Assembly: GCA_965200355.1 (NCBI GenBank)
Contig: OZ241351.1
Span: 2,982,735-3,046,734 of the forward strand
Direction of reading: 5' to 3'
Origin: an uncultured Candidatus Binatia bacterium
GTDB taxonomy: Bacteria; Desulfobacterota; Binatia; Bin18
DNA length: 64,000 nt
The notes beneath the pieces are model-generated. The model ran no database searches, was not told where the DNA came from, and worked only from the letters and a program-made list of their open reading frames with translations. Numbering within the stretch: the first letter of the stretch is position 1; each line of letters opens with the position of its first letter. Both the position numbers and the translations under genes were made by a program. Shown piece by piece: positions 1-10,300 of the stretch.

Positions 1-1615
1 ACGAGAAGCCTATGAGTCTGCATTGTCCGAATATGACAAAGTGGTCGGACCGGCGCTGAATGAGGAGCGCCACCAGGAATATGAAGCGACACGGGCTGAT
101 TTCATTGCGGTATTGACTGAAGAGGGAACAAGGGCCGGCGCAGGGTCTGAGCGCCTGAGCCTGACACGCGGCCGTTACGAACGCTGGCTAGAAGACTACT
201 GTCAGTCTCTTATCCAGATGGCCGGCATCGCCTTGAGTGAAAACGGCCTCGTCCAAGAGGGCTATGAGGCCGCGCGCCGGGCGTATGAAGAAAATCAACA
301 CGCCTACCAGGATGCTGACCAACGCTACGAAGAAGCGCGGAAACCATACGAAGCCGCGGTCGCTGAAGCAGAGCGCGTCTACGAACAGCAGCGCAAGGAG
401 CACGTGCAGGTCATAGAAGAAGTCCGAGAACAACTGGAGAAAGCCCCTGATGTGTATAGCCAGGATTTCAAGGTAATCCTTGAGAAGTACGAGCAAACGT
501 GCCGCGAGGAGCGAGACAAGGTGGTCGCCGCGGGTGGAGTCCATATTCTGGGGACAGAGCGTCACGAGTCACGGCGGATTGATAACCAACTGCGCGGACG
601 CGCAGGCCGTCAGGGGGACCCTGGCTCATCCAGATTTTTTCTCTCGCTCGAAGATGACCTGCTGCGTATTTTTGGCGCAGAGCGCGTACAAAAAATCATG
701 GACCGGCTGGGCATGGAAGAGGGCGAGCCTATAGAAGCCGGGCTCGTGACCCGGGCGATTGAAAACGCCCAAGGGCGCGTAGAGGGCCATAACTTTGATA
801 TCCGTAAACATCTGCTGGAATATGATGATGTGATCAACAAGCAGCGCGAGGTCATCTATGAGCAGCGCCGCGGATTCCTGGCCGGTGAGAACCTGAAAGG
901 CCAAGTATTAGAAATTGTTGAAGAGCTGGCGCTCGAGCTCGTGCTGAACTATGCGGATAAAGGCATCGACCCGGCGGAGTGGGATTGGAAAGGGCTGGAC
1001 GACTCCGTGTTCCGTCAATTCACGATGCGTCTGAGCCTGAGTGAGGAACAGCAAGCAACACTGACGACGGAAGACCTCCAGGACCTCGTGCGAGACAGGG
1101 TGCTCCAACACTATAATGAGCGAGAACAGGCTTTTACGCCGCCGGTGATGCGCTATCTCGAAAAGGTGATTATGCTGCAAACCATGGACAGCTTGTGGAA
1201 AGATCACCTGTTTGGCATGGATCACCTCAAAGAAGGGATTGGGCTGCGCGGTTACGGTCAGAAAAATCCTCTGCAAGAGTATAAAAAAGAGGCGTTTAGT
1301 CTGTTTGACGATCTTTCCCATCGGATGCAGGAAGATGTTATTGAAAAGCTCTATAGCGTCCAAGTGACGCGCCAGGAAGATGTCCAGCGGATAGAGGAAG
1401 GGCAGGCCGCCCAACGGCCCATGCAGATGTTGCACAGCGGACAGGCGCCGCTCCAACCCGCCCAACCGGCAGCCCAACCCGCACTCGGCAAACCGAACGA
1501 CGGACAGCCGGTGGCAAGACCTGTCCAAGCCATACGGGATACGCCCAAGGTTGGTCGCAACGAACCCTGCCCGTGCGGCAGTGGCAAGAAATACAAAAAG
1601 TGTCACGGGGCATAG
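1..1615 (+). CDS. secA: Preprotein translocase ATPase SecA, C-terminal part (5' end lies outside the window)
   Basis: Reading frame is open to the window edge. Translation contains [42 protein letters not shown] and the C-terminal zinc-binding tail [14 protein letters not shown]. Confidence 0.9.
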   Translation, partial: REAYESALSEYDKVVGPALNEERHQEYEATRADFIAVLTEEGTRAGAGSERLSLTRGRYERWLEDYCQSLIQMAGIALSENGLVQEGYEAARRAYEENQHAYQDADQRYEEARKPYEAAVAEAERVYEQQRKEHVQVIEEVREQLEKAPDVYSQDFKVILEKYEQTCREERDKVVAAGGVHILGTERHESRRIDNQLRGRAGRQGDPGSSRFFLSLEDDLLRIFGAERVQKIMDRLGMEEGEPIEAGLVTRAIENAQGRVEGHNFDIRKHLLEYDDVINKQREVIYEQRRGFLAGENLKGQVLEIVEELALELVLNYADKGIDPAEWDWKGLDDSVFRQFTMRLSLSEEQQATLTTEDLQDLVRDRVLQHYNEREQAFTPPVMRYLEKVIMLQTMDSLWKDHLFGMDHLKEGIGLRGYGQKNPLQEYKKEAFSLFDDLSHRMQEDVIEKLYSVQVTRQEDVQRIEEGQAAQRPMQMLHSGQAPLQPAQPAAQPALGKPNDGQPVARPVQAIRDTPKVGRNEPCPCGSGKKYKKCHGA

Positions 1616-1625
1616 AAGTGTCACT

Positions 1626-2834
1626 ATGAAGATCAGCGTCAAAAAATCTCCCATCGTTATTCCCGGATTTCGCTTTGCCGGAGTGGCCTGTGGGCTGAAA
1701 CCCAGCGGGAAAAAAGACCTGTCGTTGCTGGTATCAGCCGTGCCGGCCACGGCGGTGGCGGCCTTCACGACCAATCAGGTCAAGGCCGCGCCGGTCGTCA
1801 TTGGTGAAGAGGTCATTCGGGCTGGGCATTTGCAAGCTATTGTTGTCAACAGCGGAAATGCCAATGCTTCGACTGCCCAGCCCGGACTCAAGCTGGCCCG
1901 GGACACCTGTACGCTGGTCGGTCGCGAGCTGGGCATTGATGCCCAACTGGTGCTGCCGTCATCCACGGGGGTGATTGGCGTCCTGCCCGACTGGCAGAAC
2001 ATGCAGGCCGGCATTCACGCCGCGGCCGCGGCCCTGTCGCCGCGCGGTTTCTGGAATGCCGTGGCCGGTATCATGACGACCGATGCCTTTCCCAAGGTTG
2101 CGACCCGACAGCTGGGACTGAATGGCCGGACGCTGACCATCGCTGGCATGGCCAAGGGCGCCGGCATGATTAACCCGAATATGGCGACCATGCTGTGCTA
2201 TGTCTGCACCGATGCCGCGGTGAGCCGGGCGGCCCTCCAGCAGGTGCTCAACCAGACCGTGGCCGATTCTTTCAATGCGGTCTCCGTGGATGGCGATACC
2301 AGCACAAACGACACCCTGGTCCTGCTTGCCAACGGGCAGGCCGGCAATCGAGAGATTAGGCCGCGCGGCCGTGGATATCCGGCCTTTCGGGATGCTGTGC
2401 GTGAGGTCCTGTGCAGTCTGGCCCGGATGTGTGTCAAAGACGGGGAGGGCGCGACCAAGGTGGTCGATATCTACGTCAAAGGTGCGAAAAGTGCTGAGGA
2501 CGCGGAAAAGGTCGCCCGCAGCATTGCCTATTCACCGCTGGTCAAAACGGCCTTTTTCGGGGGCGACCCGAACTGGGGCCGCATTGCTTGTGCGGTGGGG
2601 TATGCCGGTGCGCAACTCGATCAGAACCGGCTGGCCATCAGTGTTGGCGATGTCCCTATTGGACGCAACGGTATGAGTACCGGGCCGCGCAACGAGAGAC
2701 GCGCCGCGCAGGTCATGCAGCAGGACGAGTTCTCCATAGACGTCCATTTACATATGGGCCGAGGCCGTGCTCACGTCGTCACCTCCGACCTGTCCACTGG
2801 CTACGTCCACTTTAATTCGGCATATACAACCTGA
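1626..2834 (+). CDS. argJ: Bifunctional ornithine acetyltransferase / N-acetylglutamate synthase ArgJ
   Basis: Start trimmed to ATG 1626 (MKISVKKSP). Contains FRFAGVACGLK, TTDAFPK, GMAKGAGMINPNMATMLCYVCTDA (ATML self-cleavage site) and GDTSTNDT. Confidence 0.9.
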   Translation: MKISVKKSPIVIPGFRFAGVACGLKPSGKKDLSLLVSAVPATAVAAFTTNQVKAAPVVIGEEVIRAGHLQAIVVNSGNANASTAQPGLKLARDTCTLVGRELGIDAQLVLPSSTGVIGVLPDWQNMQAGIHAAAAALSPRGFWNAVAGIMTTDAFPKVATRQLGLNGRTLTIAGMAKGAGMINPNMATMLCYVCTDAAVSRAALQQVLNQTVADSFNAVSVDGDTSTNDTLVLLANGQAGNREIRPRGRGYPAFRDAVREVLCSLARMCVKDGEGATKVVDIYVKGAKSAEDAEKVARSIAYSPLVKTAFFGGDPNWGRIACAVGYAGAQLDQNRLAISVGDVPIGRNGMSTGPRNERRAAQVMQQDEFSIDVHLHMGRGRAHVVTSDLSTGYVHFNSAYTT

Positions 2835-2847
2835 GCCACCGCTCCGT

Positions 2848-4029
2848 TCAGCGGCCCTTGGGCAATTGGAGGACCCGTTCCGCAATGATGTTCCGCAAAA
2901 TCTCAGACGTGCCGCCCTCAATGGTGTTGGCGCGGGCGCGGAGAAAGCCGTACTGCCAGTAATGCTCTGCTTCGGCTTCATCGTAGAGCTGACCGGCGAC
3001 CCCCTGCATCTCGACAGCGAGGTCTTGCATGCGCTGGTTGGTTTCGGCCCAGTGCAGCTTGGCAATTGAGCCTTCCGGCCCGGCCGGGTTGCCGCGCAGC
3101 AGCCGCGTCAAGGCGCGATAATTGTTCAACTTCAAGACTTCGCAATCCATATAAGCCTGGGCCATTTTCTGGCGGAGCCGACGGTCTGTCCGGCCCGGGG
3201 CTGAGCCAGCATCGCATAGCCAGGCCCGGAGGTCGTCATAGGTCCGTTTCTGGGCGAAGGTAAAATGGAAGCCCAGCCCCTGCCGCTCAAACATGAGCGA
3301 GGTGATAATGACCTTCCAGCCCTGGTTCACTTCTCCCAACACCTGCGCCTTTGGGACCGGAACGTTCTCGAAGAAAACCTCGTTAAACTCGCTCTCGCCG
3401 GTCATCGTCCGGAGCGGCTTAATCGTAATGCCCGGACTCTGCATATTCACCAGGAGGGCGGACAGGCCTTGATGTTTTGGCGCGTCCGGGTCGGTGCGGA
3501 CCAGGAGTAAGCACCAGTTGGCATAGCCGGCTAAACTCGTCCACACCTTCTGGCCGCTGACTAAAAAATGGTCGCCCTGGTCAACCGCGCGGGTCTGGAG
3601 CGAGCCCAGGTCCGAGCCCGAGTTCGGCTCGGAATAGCCCTGGCTCCAGATGTCCGCGCCACTCAAAATAGCCGCGAGGTGCTTCCTTTTCTGCTCCTCC
3701 GTCCCATAGACAATAATCGTCGGCCCAACGATCTCCAAACCCAAGACATTCAGCAGGCCAGGCGCTTTGTGGTTGGCCATTTCTTCGTCAAAAATCATCC
3801 GTTCAATCAGAGAGGCGCCACGCCCGCCATACTCTTTGGGCCAGGAAATCCCGGCCCAGCCGCCCTCAAAGACGGTGCGCTGCCAGTCCTTCAGAAAGGT
3901 CAGGTCCGCGGCTGACGCCTGTGGCTGAAGGTGGCGGAGCGAGCCAGTTTTTTGTGGAGCATTGGCCGCGAGCCAGGTGCGGAGTTCCTGCCGAAAGACA
4001 TCCTGGGCCGGGGTAAAATGAAAATCCAT
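2848..4029 (-). CDS. Acyl-CoA dehydrogenase family protein
   Basis: Start trimmed to MDFHFTPAQDVFRQELRTWL (ATG 4029). ACAD-like body (GWAGISWPKEYGGRG, YSEPNSGSDL, C-terminal GGTSEILRNIIAERVL). Confidence 0.8.
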   Translation of the reverse strand: MDFHFTPAQDVFRQELRTWLAANAPQKTGSLRHLQPQASAADLTFLKDWQRTVFEGGWAGISWPKEYGGRGASLIERMIFDEEMANHKAPGLLNVLGLEIVGPTIIVYGTEEQKRKHLAAILSGADIWSQGYSEPNSGSDLGSLQTRAVDQGDHFLVSGQKVWTSLAGYANWCLLLVRTDPDAPKHQGLSALLVNMQSPGITIKPLRTMTGESEFNEVFFENVPVPKAQVLGEVNQGWKVIITSLMFERQGLGFHFTFAQKRTYDDLRAWLCDAGSAPGRTDRRLRQKMAQAYMDCEVLKLNNYRALTRLLRGNPAGPEGSIAKLHWAETNQRMQDLAVEMQGVAGQLYDEAEAEHYWQYGFLRARANTIEGGTSEILRNIIAERVLQLPKGR

Positions 4030-4069
4030 ACTGAACTCCTGTTCTGGAATAATCGAATTACTGACCACG

Positions 4070-5563
4070 CTATTGGGAGAGTTCTTGGCGCAAGAGGCGA
4101 TTGACCAGCTGAGGATTGGCCTTGCCCTGGGTGGCGCGCATGACCTGCCCGACAAAGAAACCGAGCAGTTTTGCTTTGCCGCTGCGATAGGCGTCTACCT
4201 TGTCCGGGTTGGCGGCCAGGACCGCAGCAATGGCGGCCTGTAAAGTGGCAGTGTCGCTGACTTGGCGCAGCCCCCGGGCCTCAATGATATCTTCCGGGCT
4301 GCGTCCGGTTCGACGCATTTCTTCGTACACAGTTTTGGCGATGGTTGTGCTGATGGTGCCGTCCTGGATCAATCCAATGAGTGCGCCCAGGCGCTCGGGC
4401 GGGCAGGGCCACGTCTCGATTTTCAGTACGGCCTCCAGCTTTTCTTCCTTGACAAAGCGCAGCACACTATCCATGACCCAGTTGCTGACGACTTTAGGCG
4501 CTGCGGGGCAGGCGCGCACGCTGGCCTCGAAGTAGTCCGCCACATCCTTGCGCGCCGTCAGCACCTCGGCATCGTAGGCCGGTAGGTCGTAGTCGTGCAC
4601 GAAGCGCTCCCGCCGCGCGGCCGGCAACTCGGGCAGAGCAGCCCGAATGTGCTCAACCCAGGCCGGGTCAACAACGAGCGGTAGCAGGTCCGGGTCAGAA
4701 AAATAGCGGTAATCGTGCGCGAATTCCTTGCTCCGCATCGGCCGGGTGACCTCTCGGTCGGCATCCCACAGGCGGGTTTCCTGGACGACCCGCCCCCCCG
4801 ATTCGACGACCTCGGTCTGGCGCTGAATTTCGTGCGTAATCGCCTTTTCGACGGCCCGAAACGAATTGAGGTTTTTGATCTCTGTTCGGGTGCCGAACTC
4901 CGCGTCGCCCTGCGGACGTATGGAGACATTGGCGTCACAGCGCAGGCTGCCTTCTTCCATATTGCCATCACAGACCTCGATATACTGGAGTAAGGCGCGC
5001 AGACTGCGCAGATAACTGCCGGCTTCCGCGGCAGAGCGCATATCCGGCTCGCTGACAATCTCCAATAAGGGTACCCCGGTCCGGTTCAGGTCAACCAAGC
5101 TCGCGCCGGCCTCGGCAGCATGGATACTCTTGCCGGCGTCCTCCTCCATATGAATGCGGGTCAAACGCACTTTTTTTGTCCGTCCTGGGGCCGGTCCTGA
5201 GCCGGTCCTGAGCGGAGTCGAAGGGCCTGGTCGAAGGGTGGCGACCTCAACATAGCCGTGTTCGGCAATGGGCCGCTCATACATGCTGATTTGATAGCCC
5301 TTGGGCAGGTCTGGATAAAAATAGTTTTTCCGGGCCCAGCGGCTCGTCTGTGTAACCGTGCAGTGGGTGGCGAGTGCGGCGCGGAGTGCGAAATCGACGA
5401 CCTTTTTATTGAGCACAGGCAGGACTCCGGGCAGGCCCAGGCAGACCGGACAGGTATGCTGGTTGGGCGCGGCACCGAAGCGAGTGGAGCAGCCACAGAA
5501 AATTTTTGACTCGGTGAGTAACTGCGCGTGCACTTCCAGGCCAATAACGGATTCGTAGCTCAT
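4070..5563 (-). CDS. gatB: Asp/Glu-tRNA amidotransferase subunit B
   Basis: [25 protein letters not shown]..., [10 protein letters not shown]-terminal GatB/YqeY-like tail. The ATG overlaps the gatA stop (ATGA). Confidence 0.9.
   Translation of the reverse strand: MSYESVIGLEVHAQLLTESKIFCGCSTRFGAAPNQHTCPVCLGLPGVLPVLNKKVVDFALRAALATHCTVTQTSRWARKNYFYPDLPKGYQISMYERPIAEHGYVEVATLRPGPSTPLRTGSGPAPGRTKKVRLTRIHMEEDAGKSIHAAEAGASLVDLNRTGVPLLEIVSEPDMRSAAEAGSYLRSLRALLQYIEVCDGNMEEGSLRCDANVSIRPQGDAEFGTRTEIKNLNSFRAVEKAITHEIQRQTEVVESGGRVVQETRLWDADREVTRPMRSKEFAHDYRYFSDPDLLPLVVDPAWVEHIRAALPELPAARRERFVHDYDLPAYDAEVLTARKDVADYFEASVRACPAAPKVVSNWVMDSVLRFVKEEKLEAVLKIETWPCPPERLGALIGLIQDGTISTTIAKTVYEEMRRTGRSPEDIIEARGLRQVSDTATLQAAIAAVLAANPDKVDAYRSGKAKLLGFFVGQVMRATQGKANPQLVNRLLRQELSQ
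5191..5212. repeat. 11-nt direct tandem repeat CCGGTCCTGAG x2 inside gatB
   Basis: Two identical adjacent copies at 5191-5201 and 5202-5212. A GTCGAAGGG repeat follows at 5217-5225 and 5230-5238. Encodes the low-complexity [10 protein letters not shown] stretch. Confidence 0.8.
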
Positions 5564-7047
5564 AATGATGCTCTGTGCATTTCCTGCTGTGAGAGCGGTG
5601 GCTTGCGGGTGCACCAGTCATGGTCCTGCTCGTAGGCGTAACCGGCCTGGAGCAAGACGGCCTCCTCAAAGGGACGGCCTATCAACTGGAGTCCAATCGG
5701 CAATCCGTGCTGGTCGAAGCCGCACGGCACGGACAAGCCAGGTAAGCCGGCGAGATTGACCGCGATGGTAAAAATATCTGAGAGATACATGGTGAGGGGG
5801 TCGGCCAGCTTCTCTCCCAGCCGAAACGCGGTTGTCGGGGCGACCGGAGTGACAATCAGATCGCAGGCTTCCAAGGCGTTCAGGAAATCCTGCCGAATAA
5901 GGGTGCGTACCTTCTGCGCCTTCACATAATACGCCTCATAATACCCGGCGGATAAGACATAGGTGCCGAGCGCAATCCGCCGCTTGACCTCCCGGCCAAA
6001 TCCCTGGGCACGGGTGGTCTGATACAACTCTCTCAGGTCTGCCACCTCGGCCGCCCGATAGCCATAGCGAACCCCATCGTAGCGAGCCAGATTGGAACTC
6101 GCCTCTGCCATAGCAATAAGATAATAGGTGGCCACTGCGTACTCGGTATGCGGGAGAGAGATTGGTACAATCTCTGCCCCTAATCCTTGTAAATGAGCAA
6201 TCGCCTCTCTGACCGCGGTTTCGACCTCCGGCTGTATCCCTTCAATAAAGTATTCTTGCGGGATCCCAATCCGCAGACCAGCGACACCTCGCCCCAGAGA
6301 GGCCGTATAGCTCGGGGTGGGGGTGTTGACGGAAGTCGAATCACGAGGATCATAGCCGGCAATCACCTCCAGCAGGAGAGCGCAGTCCCGGACATCCTTG
6401 GTGCACGGGCCGACTTGATCTAAGGACGAAGCATAGGCCACAATGCCAAAGCGGCTGACCCGCCCATAGGTTGGTTTCAGCCCAACAATACCGCAGAATG
6501 CAGCCGGAAGGCGAATGGAGCCACCGGTATCCGTTCCTAAAGCTGCGCAGGCTTGGTCGGCCGCAACCGCGGCCGCCGACCCGCCGGATGACCCGCCCGG
6601 GACCCGGTTTGTATCCCAGGGATTGCGACATGGGAAAAAAGCCGAATTTTCATTTGACGAGCCCATTGCAAATTCGTCACAGTTGACCTTGCCAATAATC
6701 ACCGCACCCGCCTCTTTGAGGCGCTGCGTCACCGTGGCGTCATACGGCGCTATAAAGCCTTCGAGCATTTTGGAACCCGCGGTGGCGCGCACACCCTGAG
6801 CGAGGATCACGTCCTTGAGCGCAATCGGAATACCGCAGAGTAGGGGGGCGGCCCCATTTGACAGTATCCGATCTGCGGCTTCTGCCTGGGCGAGCGCTGC
6901 TTCTGCGCACACGGTCAGATAGGAATGGACGTGTTCATCTGTTGCTTGAATGCGGGTCAGCACAGACTGCGCCAGCTCGACCGCACTGACTTCTTGAGTG
7001 CGCAGTTTCTGCTGGGCTTGGTGAATGGTCAGGGCGTGGTGCGACAT
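5560..7047 (-). CDS. gatA: Glutamyl-tRNA(Gln) amidotransferase subunit A (amidase signature)
   Basis: Amidase signature [13 protein letters not shown] and [16 protein letters not shown]. Sits between gatC and gatB. Confidence 0.9.
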   Translation of the reverse strand: MSHHALTIHQAQQKLRTQEVSAVELAQSVLTRIQATDEHVHSYLTVCAEAALAQAEAADRILSNGAAPLLCGIPIALKDVILAQGVRATAGSKMLEGFIAPYDATVTQRLKEAGAVIIGKVNCDEFAMGSSNENSAFFPCRNPWDTNRVPGGSSGGSAAAVAADQACAALGTDTGGSIRLPAAFCGIVGLKPTYGRVSRFGIVAYASSLDQVGPCTKDVRDCALLLEVIAGYDPRDSTSVNTPTPSYTASLGRGVAGLRIGIPQEYFIEGIQPEVETAVREAIAHLQGLGAEIVPISLPHTEYAVATYYLIAMAEASSNLARYDGVRYGYRAAEVADLRELYQTTRAQGFGREVKRRIALGTYVLSAGYYEAYYVKAQKVRTLIRQDFLNALEACDLIVTPVAPTTAFRLGEKLADPLTMYLSDIFTIAVNLAGLPGLSVPCGFDQHGLPIGLQLIGRPFEEAVLLQAGYAYEQDHDWCTRKPPLSQQEMHRASL

Positions 7048-7049
7048 AT

Positions 7050-7346
7050 CTACTCAATAATCCTGGGAACACGAAAAAAATGGGTTTTCCGGCTCGGGGC
7101 ATTCGCCAGCAGCGTGTCGGTTTGGGCGGCGCTGGGCGTATTGGTGACCACATCGTCTCGGAGTGGAGCGGAGACCGCTACGGCATGGGCAGTTGGCTCA
7201 ACACTGTCGGTCTGCAATTCGCCCAATTTATCGACATAGGTTAATATCGTATCAAAGTGTTGCGCCAGTTGCGCCAGTTCTTCCTCGGTGAATGAGAGGC
7301 GGGCCAGTGCGGCAACGTGTCGAACCTCATCCGGTGTCATGCGCAT
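7050..7346 (-). CDS. gatC: Asp/Glu-tRNA amidotransferase subunit C
   Basis: Start trimmed to [41 protein letters not shown]. Lies immediately upstream of gatA. Confidence 0.85.
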   Translation of the reverse strand: MRMTPDEVRHVAALARLSFTEEELAQLAQHFDTILTYVDKLGELQTDSVEPTAHAVAVSAPLRDDVVTNTPSAAQTDTLLANAPSRKTHFFRVPRIIE

Positions 7347-7500
7347 AGCGGTTTCCCTTTTCTTCTTTCCACGCGGGTCTTTTTTCTCCGTGGGCGGCGC
7401 AGAGCAGTGTGTCACACCACACCCGGCAATTCAACGGAAGTGGCCCGCGGCTGGAGGACACTCTTGATCCACTTAAGGGGTGTCAGCTACCTTAATATCT

Positions 7501-7875
7501 ATGGCAAGAAGCGACCGGCGACGCCTGTCCGGTCAGTACGGCGAGCAACGCGCCGCGCAGTTTTTACGTAACCTCGGCTATGTCATAGTTGAGAGAAACT
7601 AACGATGTCCTCGCGGAGAAATTGATCTGGTGGCGCAGGACAAAGGAACGCTGGTATTCGTTGAGGTCCGGACGCATCGTTCTCAGGAGTTCGGCAATCC
7701 ACTCGCCTCGGTCAATAAGCGAAAGCAGCGCCAAATTGCCCTGACTGCCCTCCATTATCTCGCGCGTTTCCAACTCCACGACCGCGCGATGCGATTTGAC
7801 GTCATTGGGATCATGGGGGAAGGAGAGGCGGCGCGGCTGACCCATATCAAAGCGGCCTTTGAATTTCCAACTTGA
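7501..7875 (+). pseudogene. yraN: YraN-family (UPF0102) endonuclease gene interrupted by an in-frame TAA at 7600-7602
   Basis: ATG 7501 gives MARSDRRRLSGQYGEQRAAQFLRNLGYVIVERN, then TAA. The same frame continues RCPRGEIDLVAQDKGTLVFVEVRTHRS...RFDVIGI. The stop sits where family members carry an aromatic residue (ERN-Y/W-RC). Confidence 0.7.
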
Positions 7876-7898
7876 GGAGCATAGAGTGAAGAAACGGT

Positions 7899-9170
7899 AT
7901 GCTTGATATTAAACTGATCCGAGACCATCCAGAAAGGGTGAAAGAGCGACTGGCAACCGTGGGGATTCCAGGAGCGCATATTGACGCCCTGCTCAATAGT
8001 GACCGCGCCCGACGCGCGCGCATTCGCGAGGTTGAGGCCGTGCGCGCGGAACGAACGAAACGTTCAAAAGAAATCCGAAAAATTTCTGACCCTCCCGAGC
8101 GAGACACCGCGGTCCGGGCTATGCGCGCGCTCGGCGAGCGCGTGAGTACCCTGGAGAAACATCTCGCTCAGGAGGAAGCAGACTTCCAGCAACGGCTCTT
8201 AGAATTACCCAACCTGCCCCATCCAGACGTCCCGGTTGGGAAAGACGAAGACGACAATGTCGTGCTCCGAACGGAGGGAAAACCGCCGGCTTTGACGTTC
8301 TCTCCTCGGCCGCACTGGGAACTGGGCGAAGCCTTGGACATTATTGACTTTGAACGCGGGGTAAAAATTTCGGGCAGCCGCTTTTATATCCTCAAAGGGC
8401 TGGGCGCTCGACTCCAGCGCGCACTGATTAATTGGATGCTGGACCTGCATGTCAATGAACACGGTTATACCGAGGTCTATCCACCGGTCATGGTGAAACA
8501 GGCGTGTTTAGTGGGGACAGGCAACCTGCCAAAATTCGGGGAGAATCTCTATCGGGACATTGAAGAAGATTTTTGGTTTATCCCCACGGCAGAAGTGCCG
8601 GTGACGAATCTCTATCGGGAGGAAGTGATCAACCCTGGACAGATCCCATTGTATCATGTGGCCTATACGCCGTGCTTTCGCCGCGAGAAAATGTCTGCGG
8701 GTCGCGACGTTCGCGGCATTAAACGCGGCCACCAGTTTGACAAAGTAGAAATGGTGAAATTTGTTGAGCCGTCACAATCAGACGCGGAACTGCTCGCCCT
8801 GCTCGACAATGCGGAGGACGTATGCCGAAAACTCCATATCCCTCATCGGGTCGTTCAGATGTGTACCGGAGACCTGAGCTTTGTTGCCGCCTGTAAATAT
8901 GATGTAGAAATGTGGGCTCCGGGCTGCGGAGAATGGCTCGAAGTCAGTTCATGCTCGAATTTTCGCGACTTCCAGGCCCGTCGAGCGAAAATTCGATACC
9001 GCCCCGAGCCGCGTGCCAAACCGGAGTTCGTACATACCCTGAACGGCTCCGGCCTCGCTCTCCCACGGGTGGTCATCGCCCTTCTTGAGAACTATCAGCA
9101 AGAAGATGGGAGCGTGGTGATACCGGACGTCCTCCGCCCCTATATGGGGGGACAGGAGAAAATCGATTAG
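7899..9170 (+). CDS. serS: Seryl-tRNA synthetase
   Basis: MLDIKLIRDHPERVKERL N-terminal coiled-coil arm. Class II core (FRREKMSAGRDVRGIKRGHQFDKVE, LNGSGLALPR). Confidence 0.9.
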   Translation: MLDIKLIRDHPERVKERLATVGIPGAHIDALLNSDRARRARIREVEAVRAERTKRSKEIRKISDPPERDTAVRAMRALGERVSTLEKHLAQEEADFQQRLLELPNLPHPDVPVGKDEDDNVVLRTEGKPPALTFSPRPHWELGEALDIIDFERGVKISGSRFYILKGLGARLQRALINWMLDLHVNEHGYTEVYPPVMVKQACLVGTGNLPKFGENLYRDIEEDFWFIPTAEVPVTNLYREEVINPGQIPLYHVAYTPCFRREKMSAGRDVRGIKRGHQFDKVEMVKFVEPSQSDAELLALLDNAEDVCRKLHIPHRVVQMCTGDLSFVAACKYDVEMWAPGCGEWLEVSSCSNFRDFQARRAKIRYRPEPRAKPEFVHTLNGSGLALPRVVIALLENYQQEDGSVVIPDVLRPYMGGQEKID

Positions 9171-9187
9171 GGGACACAGCCGGCTTC

Positions 9188-9619
9188 GTGACAGGGAAGG
9201 GGGAGTTGACGACTGAGGGGCAGCCCGTTACTACATGCCCAGGAAAACGGCGAAACTCTGTGGCAGAAGACGCGCACAAACCAGCGCCCGGTCAGGACGT
9301 CGAAAACACTATCGAGGACCTGACGAAAGAGCTGTCCCGCTTAATCAACGAAGCCGGGACGGACGGACGGGAAGAACTGCGTGACTATGCCGTCAGCCTG
9401 CTACAGGGTGAAACGGAAACAACACAAACGGAAGAGCCTGCGAGGGAAGATTCGGCTCAGCCCTCTACCCCTTTCAGCCCAGTTGCTTTGAGCATTCCAT
9501 TTCTGCTTATTGGTATTATTCTCCTCCCGCTTTTTGCCCCAATAGGGCTGCTGATGGTGTTATTGGCGATAATTATGGGGGTAGGGGGGTGGCTGGCCCT
9601 CATGTTCAGAAGGAAATAA
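9188..9619 (+). CDS. Hypothetical protein with acidic N-terminal region and C-terminal double transmembrane segment
   Basis: ORF with a GTG start and no family recognised. C-terminus PVALSIPFLLIGIILLPLFAPIGLLMVLLAIIMGVGGWLALMF is hydrophobic. Start codon uncertain. Confidence 0.4.
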   Translation: MTGKGELTTEGQPVTTCPGKRRNSVAEDAHKPAPGQDVENTIEDLTKELSRLINEAGTDGREELRDYAVSLLQGETETTQTEEPAREDSAQPSTPFSPVALSIPFLLIGIILLPLFAPIGLLMVLLAIIMGVGGWLALMFRRK

Positions 9620-9658
9620 AGAACAAGGCATCACCACTATCACTAAGGAGTGAGCTCC

Positions 9659-10261
9659 ATGGCAAAAAAACCAACTTCTCCTGAAGAACTCCAGGAATAC
9701 GAGGAGCGTCGCCGTGTTGAGCAACGGGCTGAGCGTGAGAAACGACTCCGTGAGCGCGCGCAAAGAGGCGGCTTGTGGTCACGGCGTGATTTTTTTGGCC
9801 GGCTCAGCTGGGGCGGCTTTGGGCTGGTCTCGCTTGTGGGTCTCCTCGCCTTTGTCCGCTCTGCCTTTCCTCGGGTGCTCTTCGTTCCGCCCTCAACCTT
9901 TAAGGCTGGCTTTCCTGGGGACTACCCGGTGGGCGAGGTGAGCGAGAAATACCGCTCAGACCAACGCACCTGGATCGTCCGAGAACCGCAGGGATTCTAT
10001 GCGATCTTTGCCAATTGTACGCACCTCGGTTGTACTCCGCGCTGGTCGTCGTCGGAGAATAAATATAAATGTCCCTGTCATGGCAGTGGGTACTATCGGA
10101 CTGGATACAATTTTGAAGGGCCAGCGCCCAGACCCATGGATCGCTTTCAATTGTCGTTGGCTGACGATGGGCAGTTACTCGTTGATAAGAGCAAAATTTT
10201 TAAGATGCAACCTGGCGTTGACCCCAATAAGCAACACCCCGACAGCATCTTGCGCATTTAG
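9659..10261 (+). CDS. Rieske [2Fe-2S] subunit of a cytochrome bc/b6f-type complex, TAT-exported
   Basis: AAGGAG 8 nt upstream of ATG 9659. Twin-arginine SRRDFF followed by a TM helix. Cluster ligands CTHLGC and CPCHGSGY. Confidence 0.85.
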   Translation: MAKKPTSPEELQEYEERRRVEQRAEREKRLRERAQRGGLWSRRDFFGRLSWGGFGLVSLVGLLAFVRSAFPRVLFVPPSTFKAGFPGDYPVGEVSEKYRSDQRTWIVREPQGFYAIFANCTHLGCTPRWSSSENKYKCPCHGSGYYRTGYNFEGPAPRPMDRFQLSLADDGQLLVDKSKIFKMQPGVDPNKQHPDSILRI

Positions 10262-10300
10262 TTGCCAGAGGAAGAGCGAGTGTAAAGGCAAGGAAAGAGT

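Noticed and set aside
908-1774. 288-aa minus-strand ORF antisense to secA/argJ. Similar long antisense or alternative-frame ORFs occur at 12562-13659, 36415-37050, 37078-37878, 38454-39068, 42657-43262, 47908-48972, 52686-53552 and 53874-54395.
   Set aside because: Each lies entirely within a gene that has clear family motifs on the other strand or frame. Their translations are Arg/Pro/Gly-rich with no recognisable motifs, which is typical of shadow ORFs in GC-rich DNA.
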